Source: Eledone cirrhosa (lineage: Eukaryota). Taken from it: a DNA stretch of 64,000 nucleotides. Below are positions 48,901-63,295 of the stretch, piece after piece; the first letter of the stretch is position 1; each line of letters begins with the position of its first letter. Position numbers and translations under genes: made by a program. Where the stretch lies: NCBI GenBank assembly GCA_964016885.1, contig OZ024742.1, positions 195,858,001-195,922,000 on the forward strand. The letters are read 5' to 3'. A model generated the notes under the pieces. That model was not told where the DNA came from and did no database searches. It was given only the letters and a program-made list of their open reading frames with translations.

Positions 48901-51884
48901 CACAAATTCGTGATCTGTGTGCTTGACTTAGATAGGCTTCATAGACGAGGACCCGGCTACTGGAAGCTAAACGCGTCCTTACCAGCGCGCAAGGCCTACA
49001 GAGACCGGATTAGCGAACTAGTTAAGCGGGCGTTGACGGGGGCCATCGTCAACAACAAGTGGTGGTTTGCTCTGAAAAGAGCAATTAGAATAGAGTCCAT
49101 TAGGTTTAGTAAGACTTTAGCAATAGAGAAAAATAGAAATTAGTTAGAAAATTAGATGAGGCGCTTAGCAAAGGCATCGCGACCGACGTACTTGCGGCGA
49201 AATTGGCCCTTGACCAATTCTTCAATGCAAAGCACGAAGGCTGCGTTGTCAGAGCTAGGGTGCGTGCTCTCAGACACGAGGGGACGAAAGCCGTTCAATG
49301 GGCCCGAGTGGCGGAGGCGCGTCGTGGCAACAAAGCCACGATCCGGTCTTTGGTGGACCACGACGGGCGCATGCTACTCGATCCCGGGCAAATGTGTGAA
49401 GCTTTTCAGCGACACTTCGCTCAACTGTTCGGGGGCAGTGGCGGGCCGGATCGAGGGATGGACTTTAGTGTCTACCTCGACGGACTGCCGCGGCTTTCGG
49501 CCACTGAGGCGGAGTGTTGCGAAAAGCCGATAACAACCGCTGAAGTACGGGATGCAATGACTAGTTGCACAAGGGGTAAATCGCCTGGTTTGGATGGTCT
49601 GCCCTATGAACTTTACGTACAAATGCCAAACTTGTTCGGAGGCCTCTTGGCGGACGTCTACTGCAACTGGCAACAGAACGGGAGAATTCCCAGCTCTGTG
49701 AGCCGAGGAGCGGTGGCGCTGTTGAGAAAGGATCCGAACAAGGGGGATAACATAGATGATTTTAGGCCCATAACTCTGCTAAACACAGAGTTCAAGATTT
49801 TGGCCAAGGTGCTAGCAAAGAGGTTGGTGCTTGTCGTTGGTGGTCTGGTGGGAGAGGCACAGACATGCGCCATTCCCGACAGATCCATCCACGACAACCT
49901 CCACCTCATGCGATACATCGTAGAGAGGGTAGCTAGGGAACCTGGCACGGGTGGGTCTTTGATCAATTTAGATCAGTCGAAAGCCTTCGATAGGGTCGAC
50001 CATCGTTACCTAACGGCAGTCCTGAGGGCGGCTGGCTTTGGGCCCGTCTTCAGAGGCTGGATCGCTGCCATGCACAGCGACATCTGCTCTGTAGTGAGAG
50101 TGAACGGTCACCTTTCGGAACCGTTCAACATCATGCGCTCGGTCCGCCAAGGATATCCCCTCTCGTCCCTCTTGTACGTATTGACTCTCGAGCCATTACT
50201 GCACAAACTGGAGACGTTGAGGGGGGGTCCCGCGCGAACTAGGATGCGGAAGATCCGTGTCAGCATATGCCGACGATGTCACCGTAGTGGTGTCGAACGC
50301 CAAACACATCGAGGCGATCGGCACTACACTAAGAGAATACGAAGCGGTGACAGGAGCAATGATCAACCAGGAAAAGTCAGTGGGCCTGCAGCTCGGCACC
50401 TGGAGAGGCAGGTCCATGCCGTCCAACAGCGTCGTCGGGCGCTGGACGGACGGACCGGTTAAATTGCTAGGGGTCTGGTTCGGTCCAGACCTCCAGACGG
50501 ACAAAAACTGGGACGAGGTGACGAGCAGGGTGGCTTCTCTCACCCAGAAATGGGCCGAGAGGAAGCTATCCCTGAAAGGTCGAGCGGAGGTGGCGAATGC
50601 GTACATCGCATCCGTCATCTACTACCGCCTGACCGTCGTACCTTGTCCTAAGCCCTGCCTGACTGCGCTGGAGCGTTTGCTCTTTCACTTCTTGTGGAAG
50701 GGACGCGCTCCGATGGTCAGGCGGTCCATCTGCTGTCAACACCCGCTACGTGGAGGGCTGGGCATGCCGTGGCTGATGATGCGCAGACACGCGCTCAGGC
50801 TACGACATCTCCACCTCTTCCTCGACGGTGATCAGGTGTGGTCGCCGTTTGCAAGACACGTTTTTCCCCAGCTCGTCTCCTTGACGGAGCTGCAATCCTG
50901 GGTCAAGCGAAGACCGAGAGGGAGCGCTTGGAGACTGGAATGTCTTCAGGCGCTCACAGCCCTCGACCAATCGGGCAATGTGATCGGTGGAAACTCCACC
51001 TGGGCGTTCTATAGGGGATTAGTGGAGGGGAAGAGCGACGACGTACTTGGAGAAACTCTAGGCGTCGACGAAAATCAACTAGCCAATCTCTTCGGAAGGA
51101 CTTTCGGGCCGGGGCCTATGGACAACTTCCAGAAATCCCTGGCCTGGCAGTGCTACCGAGGAGCTTTGCCAGTTCGGGATAAACTCTACAGGCATGGAGG
51201 TGCTGTCAGCCGGGCATGTCCGAGATGCGCGCAGGGCGACGAAACCGTCCTGCACGCACTCGTCCAGTGTCCGAGCATTGCTGACTTGTGGGTTTATGTC
51301 GAACACCTGCTGTCACGTGTAGGACGGATCCAGCTATCAGCTGAGTCCATCGTGAGGATTGCCCCGCCCTCTTCCTTTAGCCTGGAAGGGCAGGCAGTTT
51401 TTATCTGTCTGGTGGCCATGGCGAAAGAGATAGTATGGTGGACACGTTTGAAAGGGCTGAAGACGAGCACTTACCTCTTCGGTGATGCCCTGATTAACTT
51501 TTTCAAATTTCATTTGAAAAGGAAAATCAGGGTAGAGAGGGAAGTGCTCTCTTCCCAGCATTTTGTTGAAAGATGGGTGAGAGAAGCAAGTATGGCCCGA
51601 ATGAATGGGCCTTCTCTGAGTATGTGTCTGTAAATTAAAGGTGGAAAACTGGGAGAGGGCACTTGCCCTGGTGGTCAGGGCCACTGTGGTCTTTTAATGG
51701 GCTTTCTCCACAAATGTCCCTTGGAAGTCCCCCCCCCCCCTATTGGGGAATTTTTCTTTGTTATTTTTTTTTATTTCAACCTCTGTTTTTTTACACGCAG
51801 AAATGTCCATTTGTACCGTCCTGTATTGTCCTGTACTGTCCTTAATGTCTACTTTATGTGAACCCTTGTGGTTAATAAAGAAAA

Positions 51885-51885
<1 letters not shown>
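45969..51885 (+). mobile_element. L1/Tx1-like LINE, family A copy 2, apparently full length; ORF1 (~46480-48188) and ORF2 (48223-51633) frameshifted
   Basis: CVVCGEGTHLRAFC knuckle; ORF2 near-identical to 15795-19214; (TTA)n at both ends. Confidence 0.95.
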
Positions 51886-51926
<41 letters not shown>

Positions 51927-52309
51927 CTTCATTTTCTTCTTCATCATTTTCTTCTTCCCTTTTTCTTCTCCTTCTTCTTCTTCTACTTCTTTTTTCTTCT
52001 TATTTCCCTTCTTCTTCTCCCCCCTCCTCTTCCTCCTCCTCCTCCTCCTCCTCCTCCTCCTACTACTACTACTACTACTACTACTGCTACTACTACTACT
52101 ACTACTACTACTACGTTTTCATCAACCAAATTCCTCTCACAAGGCGAAGCAATTGTAGAAGACACTTGCTAAAGTGTCGCGTAGCAGTACAGGACCCAGC
52201 TGGTTTCGAAGCCAAATCCTTAGTCATATGCTTATACCCATACACACATGCACATACACACACATACACACATGCACACACACATACACACATTATCTAT
52301 ATATCTATA

Positions 52310-52496
52310 GGGCGGTGGATTGGCAGTATCGGTAGAGGGTCGGACGCCATGCTTTGGCGCATAGAGTTACGGCCCTTGCCATTCTGAGTTCAAATCCCGC
52401 CGAGGTTAACTTTGCCTTTCATCCTTACGGGGTCGATAAAATAAAGTACCAGTAATGTACTGGGTAATTTCTGGCCTTGTGCCAATAGTAGAAACA
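52310..52496 (+). mobile_element. Full-length tRNA-derived SINE with 18-bp TSD
   Basis: A box tggcagtatcgg, B box gagttcaaatccc, central gcctttcatccttacggggtcgataaaataaagtaccag (resembles the MetaSINE-type core, from memory); TSD attatctatatatctata at 52292 and 52497. Confidence 0.93.
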
Positions 52497-52516
52497 ATTA
52501 TCTATATATCTATAAA

Positions 52517-52599
52517 CAGGTTGTCCCAAAAATGTATACATAGTTTAATTAGAATGATGTTGAAGTCTGTATACATTTTCGGGGGGGGGGGGCACCCTG
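52517..52599. mobile_element. Tiny Tc1/mariner-type MITE relic
   Basis: Imperfect TIRs caggttgtcccaaaaatgtataca / tgtatacattttcggg...gcaccctg followed by TA. Confidence 0.65.
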
Positions 52600-53025
52600 T
52601 ATATATATGTGTGTTTGTGTCTATGTGTGGGGCTGTAATGCGCCTCTACAGCATGTACCATGTCGCTCCATTGGTAAATGTTATTTATAAACCAATAAAT
52701 TTACAACCCAACATAAATTAATTTATGTATATATATCTGTGTATGTTTGTGTATGTATAATATGCATATGTGTGTACGTGTGTGTGTGCGTGTATGATGT
52801 ATATTTATGTGTGTGTATGTATGTATGTATGTTATTCTGGTTTTAATATTTTATAAATTTCCACCAATAGAGAGAGAACCGGTTTCTAACATAGAAACAA
52901 GACTCTTTCATTGGAATTTATACAACGTAAGCTAGGTAGATATTTATGTATATTTGTGTGTGCGTATGTGTGTGTATGTGTGTGTGTGTGTGTACGCGCG
53001 CGCGCGTGTTTGTGTGTGTGCATGC

Positions 53026-53107
<82 letters not shown>

Positions 53108-53199
53108 GTGTGCGCGCGTGTGTACGTGTATGTATGTGTATGTAGATACGGATGTAATTGCATGTGTAGATCTGTATGCTTTAAGTTATGTGTTCGCGA

Positions 53200-55450
53200 G
53201 CATATGTCTCTGTATCTATACATTTGCATGTGCTGAATTTCTGAAATGTTTTACATATTTTTTCAGTTGCATTAATGAACTGTTCTTGCAACTTCCTAAC
53301 TAGCCGTGCTCTTTCTGGTTCTGTGATGTTCAGCTTCTGAAAATTTGTACTGAGGCTGTTAATAACATAACCCAGAGCCCCAATAATCACAGGTACAAAT
53401 CTAAAGGTATAGTTAGGGTAGAGTATCTGTAGATTCCTCATTAGTTCACCATAAGCGTTCTCCTTTTCCTAATCTTTAGCATTATATTGGGTAAATTGGC
53501 AGTATCGGTAGAAGGTTGGACGCCATGCTTTCTAGCATAGTTACGTCCCTTTACAGTCTGAGTTCAAATCCCGCCGAGGTTAACTTTGCCCCTCATCCTT
53601 ACGGGGTCGATAAAATAAAGTACCAGTAATGTACTGGGTAATTGCTGGCCTTGTGCCTAAAGTAGAAACAATTATATTGGCATCTACTGGGAAGTTTATT
53701 TTCACTGTTGTGCATGCCTTCTTTTTTCTGTCCAATATCATTATATCTGGTCTGTTATGTTTGCATTTTGTTGGAGTTTTGACAGGAACAGCTCACCAGT
53801 ATTCTTCCATATTATATATGCATATGTCCTCCACATCACTAACTTTATATATGTTTATTCTCTGAACTATCCTCTTCTGGCCACTACAGTATGTCTCATA
53901 GATAGATAGTATCGTAATGACATCTTTGGACAGATGCTTATATTGCGGGTAACATCCTCGATGTTTATTCCGCAGAGTCTGCATCTGTTGTCACATCTAG
54001 GTGTATTTTCTACAGCCATAACTCTTTTGTGCACAGGCGCAGCAAACACATTGTGGACCACTAATATATTGTACGCAGAGAGTTCGGAAGACCATATTTT
54101 TTTATTCGGGTGTTATATTCCCTGTCTACTCGTTCCTTGTTACAAATTCCATCATAGGATATATTTTCATCTCTAAGTATCTGTATCTCTCCTAGTGAGA
54201 TACTGTTGAAACAGTCCAGCCATTGATAGCGATGTTGCTAGATTGGCTTGTAATTTTCCTCGCTTTACAATCATATAAGAACATTTATCCCGGCCAAGAT
54301 TTATTCCTATATCTTTCGAGAACGTCGAAACGAAGTGAAAGATTTTCTTCATAAATATTCTGGAGATAAATTTTCAGGTCATCCACAAAGAAGCTATGTG
54401 TTAGGTCTGTGTTTCTTCCCTCCTGTGAACCAATTACGTATCCTTCATATTTCCTCAGTATAAAAGACAATAGGTTTACTGATAGTATAAATGGCATCTC
54501 AGAGAGGCTGCCACCTTGAAATACAGCCCCGTAATATTCTATTTTATCAGTGACAGTATTGTTCTCCTTCTCTGTATTTAAATTTAGAATAGTGGCCCAG
54601 TAAGAAGATGGGTTCTCTGTGGCTCTAATTATGGTAGCTGAAGGGCCTCAAACATTCAAGAATGGGGGACAGAATCGAATGCTTTCCTGTAATCCAATCT
54701 GATTGTAACCATGTTTCTGTTATATCGCAACACCTCTGACATCACGGTTTTGTTAATTAGGAGTGTTGTTAATTACTCATTTGGGATGTTGTTATTGTCA
54801 CAGTGTTCCTAGAGGAATAGGTTCAGACGGCCTATATGCATTTTGTACATTAGGTTCTGGTATGCAATAAGGCGGTAGTTTTTTGCCAAGTAGGTGTCTT
54901 TGTTTTATGACACCGAACTTGTTTCTGCTAATTTCCACCAATTTGAGACATATACATCTCCCTTGAGAACTTGCTGATTAAATACATGCGATAGAAAGTC
55001 AGTTTTTATACCAGTAACCGATAATGAAGCGTCTTCCTGATGCTTTCTTATCTTGAAGTTTTCCCATCAGTCTCAAGAGTATCATCGTTGATGATGTGTG
55101 TTTTTGGTGAAATACTGGAGCAACAGTTCGTTCAGATAATTTTCAACCACACTACATCTTGGTTGAACTTCTTTTCCTCGCCCCATATTTTTCTCCAGAA
55201 GGAATCTGTCTTTCTTCTATGGAGCCTCAGTGACATTTATTGATTTTCCTTTCATATCTCTATAGACTGGTGTTTTTCATTTCGACTCAATCTTTTATTA
55301 ATCATTTTTTCAGTCAGTTTCTTCTGAGATTTTCGCTGACAGCTCTCAATTCTTGTTTGAGTGTGATCAACTTGTTTTGAAGAGTTCTGCTTGTACTGTC
55401 TCCAAACATCATTTATATTTTAATTTTCACTCTGTTAGTGAGGAGTGTAG
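53200..55450 (-). mobile_element. Old, heavily degraded Dong/R4-like LINE (may extend to ~56600)
   Basis: Fragments THSFFVDDLKIY, CRLCG.NIEDVT, YYLSMRH, FVPVIIGALGY; related to 1-1128. Confidence 0.8.
53491..53670 (+). mobile_element. tRNA-derived SINE inserted in the degraded Dong element
   Basis: TSD attatattgg at 53481 and 53671. Confidence 0.9.
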
Positions 55451-56678
55451 TTTTTTTTTGTTTTCTTTCTTGTTTTTTTTTTCTTGTTTTTTTTACATGT
55501 GACAAGCATTGTCATATGGCCGATAGTTTTTCATAGGTCAGCGATTTTTTTTCTATTTTTGAAATATTCGATGGCATTTTTTGTGTTGTTTTACTTCTAT
55601 TAACATATAGACACTCGTAAATTTTCGAAAATGTAAGAGCGTTAATTTATCATAAATATTCACCTCCAATTTCGTCGATAGCATACAGAATTACTTTATT
55701 TGGTTGCTTGTTTACTATTGTCGTTTTATGTCTTTTTCCTGAGGGAAAGTTTAATATATAAATGGATCTCTTTATAGAAGTTTTTCTGGGGATATATTTT
55801 ATCTGTTTGTACTCTTCACTTTCTCCAGTTAATGGTAAACTTATTACCATTGACGGTATTTTGATGCTGATGGTTAGTGTCACTACGAGACATAGAAGTT
55901 GAGTTAAAGTCTGTTGTAGCACGTGATGTCACATTTGTCGCTTGCATAGCTGTTTCAAGAGACTGTTTGTGTATTACTGTTGTTTGTTATATATATATAG
56001 TCGGACTGGTTACGAGAAATGATAGTAACATGGCGGACTATTGTAACATGTGGTAATTGCATGTTTGATCTAGGAGACAGCTCACTTTCGTTATTGTTTT
56101 GAATAATGTTTATGCTATTTTAACGTTCGACAAACGTTGATTATTGGCGTAATTGTTTGGCTGTGGAGCAATTTAGCGCTTGGTGAAGTTCCTCCAAGTG
56201 TAACTTTAACCTGTTGCTATAGCCAACAGAGGGGTCGATTTTGCTATCCTATAACAATTAAATAGGTCGGTATTGAGTTTTTAACTCCATGAAAAATGCA
56301 ATTTATAGATTCGGTTGCACCTTTCTCGATGTTTTTTGTTTTTTTTTTGTTTTTTGTTTTTGTTTTTTGTTATCGATTCTTCAATAGTGTTTTTGGTATT
56401 GATGTTATGTGTCCAGTCATGTTATTTGTAGCTAATCCTTATAAGATGAATTCAATATTTAGGCCGATATCCCTACAATTTCAAGTAAAAAGTGTCTTCA
56501 GTGAATATCATCAGAAGAATATCCAGTTACTTAACACGTCTAGTTGTTGTAGCATTACAGTTGGAGATAGTATTCATCTTGAATTTAATGAATAGTCTCC
56601 TACGCCATATGTGCGACTTCTCGCGTCAAGTATGTATGTACGCATGTATGCATGTATGTGTGTATATATGTATGTATG

Positions 56679-56712
<34 letters not shown>

Positions 56713-57306
56713 TGTATGTATGTATGTATGTATGTATGTATACATATACTGCTGCCTTGAATCATAGCAGGAAATATATAGATATTAGATTATAGTGCGC
56801 GCGCGTGTGTGTGTGTGTGTGCGCGCACATGCGTGCGTGTGTGCGCGCGTGTGTATGTGTATAGCGCCAAACTTCAAAAAGCTCAATTGTTACGAGCTTG
56901 CCAGTCCCGATATTTGCAACAACTTTTGGTTTTTCTAGATGTAGGAGGTCCTCATCACTTCGGGAAATGACATGGATGACAACTTATGACAACTTATTCT
57001 CCTTAAGTTTCGAACTATACGATGCTGGTGTCGAAACTATTGAATTCGAGTCGAAAAAATACCAAGACTGAATCTGTATAACACATAAGCACACGCTCAT
57101 AAAAAAACGCAGAGGCGCGCTCTTCAGATTGAAGTTCAGTCCACCCTTTGTACCCAGGGGAATTAAGACTCGAGAAATTTCGATGTATGTAAACTGACAT
57201 GATATACATAGTTTCTACGGGGCTATAAACACTTTGTTTTGGGGATGGGAGTAGTTCCGTGGCACCTGTCTGATAATCTGACCACTCCTCTCTACTGAAG
57301 ACAGAC

Positions 57307-57380
<74 letters not shown>

Positions 57381-57382
<2 letters not shown>

Positions 57383-60300
57383 TTCTTTATTTGCCACAAG
57401 GGCGCACAAGAAAAGGGGACAATACAAAGACATGCCGGGGATTTTACATACAGTCGTGTAAAAAATATAAAAACAAACAATTACAACAATCGAAATGCCC
57501 AATAGGGGGGGGGGGGGGCGCCACAAATGGGTTGTTTAATACCCCGTCGATAGAACAACCCTCAACTCCAGGAGCGTGTTGTGCAAGTGCTCCTTTCTTC
57601 TCTTTGCTCTCTTCTTCAACCTACAGGCTTATAAACAGAGAAGGCCCAATCACTCGGGCCATTTTCGCTTCATTCACCCATCTTTCAGTAAATTTACTGG
57701 GGTGCAGTGTCTCTCTCTCCACTCTGATTCTCCTTCTAAAGTGATACTTAAAGAAGGGAATCAATTGTTGTTCGGAGAGAAAGGCATCTGTCCTCAGTCC
57801 TCTCAATCTCGTCCACCATATAACTTCTTTCACCATAGCCACCTTACAGAGGAAAACCGCCTCTCTTTCGTTTTTGAAAAAGGCTGGTGGTTTGATCCTT
57901 ACTATGGACTCGGCAGTCAACTGCAGTTGTTCTGCATAGTTCCACAGGTCGGTTACGCCCGGGCAGTGTACAATTGCGTGCAGGAATGTTTCAATGTCCT
58001 GCGCGCATCTTGGACACGTCCTCTTGGAAGGATCCCTGCCGAGGCGTCCGTGCCTGTAGATCTTGTCACGAACTGGTAGAGCTCCTCAGTAGCACTGCCA
58101 AGCCAGGGACCTCTGAAAGTTGTCCATAGGTCCCGGGCGGAAAGTCCTACCAAACAGACTGGCGAGCTCATCGTCTTCGACGCCCAGAGTCTCTCCGAGC
58201 ACGTCGTCGCCCTTGTAACGTACAATCCCTCTATAGAATGTCGAAGTGGAGTCTCCACTGATTGCTGCGCCCGCTTGCCAGAGGACTGTGACCGCCTGAG
58301 CGCATTCAATGTGCCAGGCGCCCATCGTTTTCGGTCTTTTCTTGACCCAGGACTGCAGCTCCGTCAGCGAGACGAGCTGTGGGAAAGCCTGTCTCACAAA
58401 CGGTGCCCACACCGGTTGGGGGTCGGTGAGGAATACCTGGAGATGCCGCAGCCTCAGCGCATATTTGCGCATCATCAGCCACGGCATTCCCAGCCCTCCG
58501 TTGGAAGGGTGCTGACAGAAGACGGATCTCCTCACCAGTGGAACCTGCTTCTTCCACAAAAACTGGAAGAGCATGCGTTCCATCTTGGCGAGGTGTTCAC
58601 GGGGACAAGGCACGATAGTCAAGCGGTAGTAGATAACGGACGCTATGAAAGTGTTCGCCACCGCCGCTCGACCTTTCAAGGACAGTTTGCACTCTGCCCA
58701 CTTCTGGGTGAGCGCAAATACCTTGGCCGTGACCTCGTTCCAGTTTTTCTCCACCTGGAGGTCTGGATCGAATCAGACCCCGAGCAATTTCACCGGTCCG
58801 TCCGTCCACCGTCCAACGACGCTATCGGACGTCATCGGTTTGCCTCTTCACGTACCGAGTTGCAAACCGACAGACTTGTCCGGGTTTAGTTTTGCTCCCG
58901 TCAGCGTTTCGTATTCTTTCAGTAAGTTCCCGGTCACCCCGATTTCCGAGGTGCTCGACACCATTACCGTCACGTCATCGGCATAAGCCAACGCCGCTTT
59001 GCGCAGTCCCGGTTCTAGATGGATGCCCTGCAACAGCTCCAGTTTCCGAGTCAATACATACAGCTCTAGAGTCAATACATACAGAATGGAGGAGAGAGGG
59101 CACCCCTGTCGAATGTAACGCGTGATTGCGAACGGCTCCGATAGGTAGCCGTTCACCTTGACCCTCGAGCAGATGCTGGTGTGCATCGCTTCGATCCAGC
59201 CTCTGAAAACGGGACCGAAACCGGCCGCCTTGAGAACCGCTTCCAAGTATCGATGGTCGACCCTATCGAATGCCTTAGACTGATCAAAATTGATCAGAGC
59301 CCCACCGAAGCCGGGTTTACTACTCACCCTATCTATGATGTATCGCATGAGGTGGAGGTTGTCGTGTATGGACCTGGTCGGGATTGCACACGTTTGCACT
59401 TTCCCTACTAGGTTTCTCGACGACAAGCGCCAACCTCGTCGCTAACACCTTGGCCAAAATCTTTAACTCTGTGTTGAGCAGAGTTATGGGCCTGAAGTTG
59501 TTAATTTCGTCCCCCTTGTTCTCGTCTTTCCTTATCAGCGTTACTACGCCCTTGCCTGCAGAACTGGGAGTTCTCCCGTTCTGCTGCCAATTGCAGTAGA
59601 CGGCTTCGAGGACGCCAGAGAACAAGTCCGGCATGCCTATGTAAAACTCATAGGGTAGACCATCTAGACCTGGTGACTTGCGTTTCCCGCAGCGGCCCAG
59701 AGCGTCCCGTATCTCAGTGTCCGTGATCGGTTTTTCGCAGAACTCGGCGTCCGTGTTCGAGAGACGCGGCAGGCCGACGAGGTATGAACTAAAGTCCATT
59801 ACCCCGTTCGGCTCACCGTCGTTCTGCTCAAACAGTCACGCAAAGTGTTGCTGAAAGGCCGCGCACATTTGCTTGGGGTCAAGTAGCACGCGTCCGTTTT
59901 GGTCTTTCAAAAACCGAATCGTGGACTTGTTGCCACTTTTTGCCTCCGCCACTCGGGCCCAGCTGACAGCTTTCGCTCCTTCGTTTCCTAGAGCACGTGT
60001 TTTGCTTCTGACCACGCAGCCTTCGTGTTTCGCGTCGAAGAACTGGTCTAGTGCCGTTCTCGACGCTAACACTCTAGCTGCGTTGGCACTTCTAAGTTCC
60101 TCGTCTACCTTGGCTACTAGTTCTCTTTCTATTTTGTTTTTCTCTAACGCTAACTCTTTGCTAAAGTCTATCGATTCTACTCTAATTGCTTTCTTGAGAG
60201 AGTACCACCATCTATTGTTAATGATGGCTCCCGTTCACTGTTGCTTGACTAGTCTACTTATCCGTTCACTGTAAGCTTTACGTGCCGGCAACGACATGTT

Positions 60301-63216
60301 CAGCTTCCAGTATCCGGTTCCCTGTCTATGTATTCTATCACCGTTGACTAAGTAGACGACTAATTTGTGATCTGAGTAGGCAACCAGTGCATTCGTGGAC
60401 AGTTTAACATCTCTTTGTCCCTTTCTCTAATGAAGAACCTATCTAAATACGATCTACATGTCCCGCTGAGGTTTGCCCACGTCCACTGTGGTGCAGTCGG
60501 GAAATCCAGTCGATACGTATCGGCCAGTTGGAATTGGCCGATTAAAGTTTTGAGGCTGTTGCACCCCCCTCTACTTGGACATAGTCCCATCGTTTATCTA
60601 GAATACCATTCCAGTCCCCCACTAAAAGTAAGGAGCGAGATGTTCCCAGAAAAGACTCTAGACGCTTAAAGAAGTCTGATCGTGATTGCGATTGCCCGGT
60701 CGGGGCATAAACGGCCACCAGTCTGAAGGCTCCACCTCCAATACTGTTCACGTCTAGGACTACCAGTCTACCCTCCGAGTCCAAGTGTACTTGCTGTACT
60801 TCGACGTCCAGGTTCTTCCGAAACATGACAGCCCCCCCCCCCCCCCTCCACCTCCTGGCTGACAGAAAGATGCGTAGATCTCAAAGTCGTCGAAGATGGG
60901 GGTTAGTTGCTGCCTGTTGTGGATCCTGGACTTGGTGATGGCTATCACATCCATACCGTGTGACCTAAGGTCGTTTAAAAGTTGGCCCTGTTTCCAGGGC
61001 ATCCCTAGGCCACGCACATTCACGCTTCCAACTCGTAAACTAGCCATGTTGGTGGAGAAGATTTGGCGAAAAGGACGAAAAGGTGCACTTACCTTTTCGT
61101 TTCCTGGAGATCGAGTTGTTCCATCTCCATTTCAGTTCTGCTGGGGGTGTTTGGTGGGGTGGAGAAACATTTTAATGAGACGCGGTTAATAGGTTTTTGA
61201 CAGGGGTTGCCAACATCCTGCGAAAACTGTTTTTTCAATTTCTGGTAGGTTTCTATCGAAACCCTTATTAGTTTTAGGTGTGGAGACGATTCTGCTTTGA
61301 CAAAAGTTTTGCCCTCCGTCTCCACCTTGGGGTTTTGGGAGATGACCTCCATCAAACTCTTGTTGTTTGTGTTGATGTATGCATATTGTTGTTTGTGTTT
61401 TTGTTGTGTTGTTTTAGTTTGTTGTCGTCCGGGAGTTTTCTTTTTATGGTGGGTGCTTGTGTTTGGGGTGGTGTTGGTGTTGGTTTTGCTGGTAGGGGGA
61501 TGTTTGACTGTGGTGTTGTTTGTGTTGTTGTTTGTCTCTGTGGTTGTGTGTTGGTGTTGGTGATTGGAGTTTTGGGGGTTTTGTGGTGTTTCTTTTTTTT
61601 TTGTTTTTTAGATTTCCGAGGCTCTCCTTCTTCTTCACTTAAAGAAGGAGAAGCAACCTCATCTGTCGGTGAATAATCATCGTCAGGAGTGTGGGATAGG
61701 GGTATGTTGTGTGGTGGTGGTGTTTCGGTGTGTGTGTTTGTGGTAGTGTTTGGTGGAGTGGGATGGGGTGGGACTGTGTTCTTCAGGGGTGTTGTCTGTG
61801 TTTTTTCTGTTGTTGTTGGTTGAGTGGCTGTTTGTTTTGGTGTGTTTGCTCGTTTCGTCTGTTGTTGTACTTGTGGTGGTGGTTGTTTTGGTGTTGGTGT
61901 TGGTAATAGTGTTTTTTTAATGATGTTGTTGTGGTGTGTTTGTGAAGGACAGGAGGCATTTAGGTGTGCCGTGCTACCACAGCGAAAGCAATGAAGTTTT
62001 CGACCCTCCACCGTAATGTTTATTTTGTTGTTGTCGTCGATGACGTCTTTTTCGGGTATTTTGGAGATTCTCTCCGGCTTCATTTGAATCAGAATCTTCA
62101 AATCAGTACCCGCCTACCTTTGTCTAATAGACTTTCGTATCAAAAGAAGCATATCAACCTCTGTCTCTACGAAGCCAGCCAAGATCCACCAGATGTTGAT
62201 ATTTGGTGGTTTAATTTTTATTTTTATTTTTGTGTCCTTTTTCCCATGTACGTAGGGAAAAAGGTGAATGCTTTTGACACTATTGATGTCACAGAATGTT
62301 TCTGGGCGAGTGCCTCGCTTTTAAACAGTACGAAAACACTTCCGTACTGTTTTCCTCGTTGGAGAAAGTCAATATTTGCTAGAGTCTCCTTGAAGGTGGC
62401 TTCTATATCTCCTTGACTAACAAATATCGGCTTTCTCGTTTTGTTGGAGACAGTCCTAAAGGTCACTGTCCTGCGAACTGTCTCTTCTTTTATTTCGAGG
62501 GGTGAGTTAATTCTAAACCCACCATTGTCTTCGAAAGTTACAAATTTTCTCCCTTGCTGGAGCATATCTCTTGCATTGGAGATGTCAAGATTTATAAAAT
62601 CTTGGTTTTTGTTCACTGTTTCAGCGAAAGACATTTTTTTTTGTGTGGTGTTGCTGTTGTTGTTGTTGTTGTTGTTATCGTTGTTAGCCTCGGTGTTGGA
62701 AATCTCAATTTCTTGACGAGGTGACACTTTATGTGTAGATGTATCTAAGGAGTTGTTGGTGTTGTCTTTTTCATGTGTATGTATGTTAATAGGTTTAATT
62801 CCTGTGTTTTGCTGTGTGTTATTGTTATTTTTCTCCGCTTCGACGGTAGAAATTTTAAAATCTTCAAGTGGTAATATTTTTTTCTCTTTGTTGACAGTCG
62901 TATCTACGGCGACGTCCATAGTAGCAGAAGCAGATATAACGTTAATATCTGCCTCTCTACCTCTCTTCTCTCTGTGGACGTTCTCTAGCGTTCTTTCCGA
63001 GCTATTCATGTTTTATAGTTGCCAAAATTTGATATTTTAAAACAATTTTTTAATTAAATTTTCGCCCCTAAAGGGGCGAAAAATGGGATTACCACCCAGC
63101 TGACAATTCAGCTTGGGGGTTAATCTACAAAATGATATGTTTTTTCAAACAATTAGTTCAGTTTTTTGCATAGAAATTAACAAAAAAGCTTACCGGCGAT
63201 GTTCCATGCATCAGGC
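57381..63216 (-). mobile_element. L1/Tx1-like LINE family B, full length but multiply disabled (ORF1 63009-61089, ORF2 61047-57621)
   Basis: CFRCGSTAHLNASC knuckle; SVNVRGL, GDWN, FRPITLLN, DQSKAFD, AYADD; (TAGA)n at both ends (~57305-57380 and 63217-63295). Confidence 0.93.
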
Positions 63217-63295
<79 letters not shown>

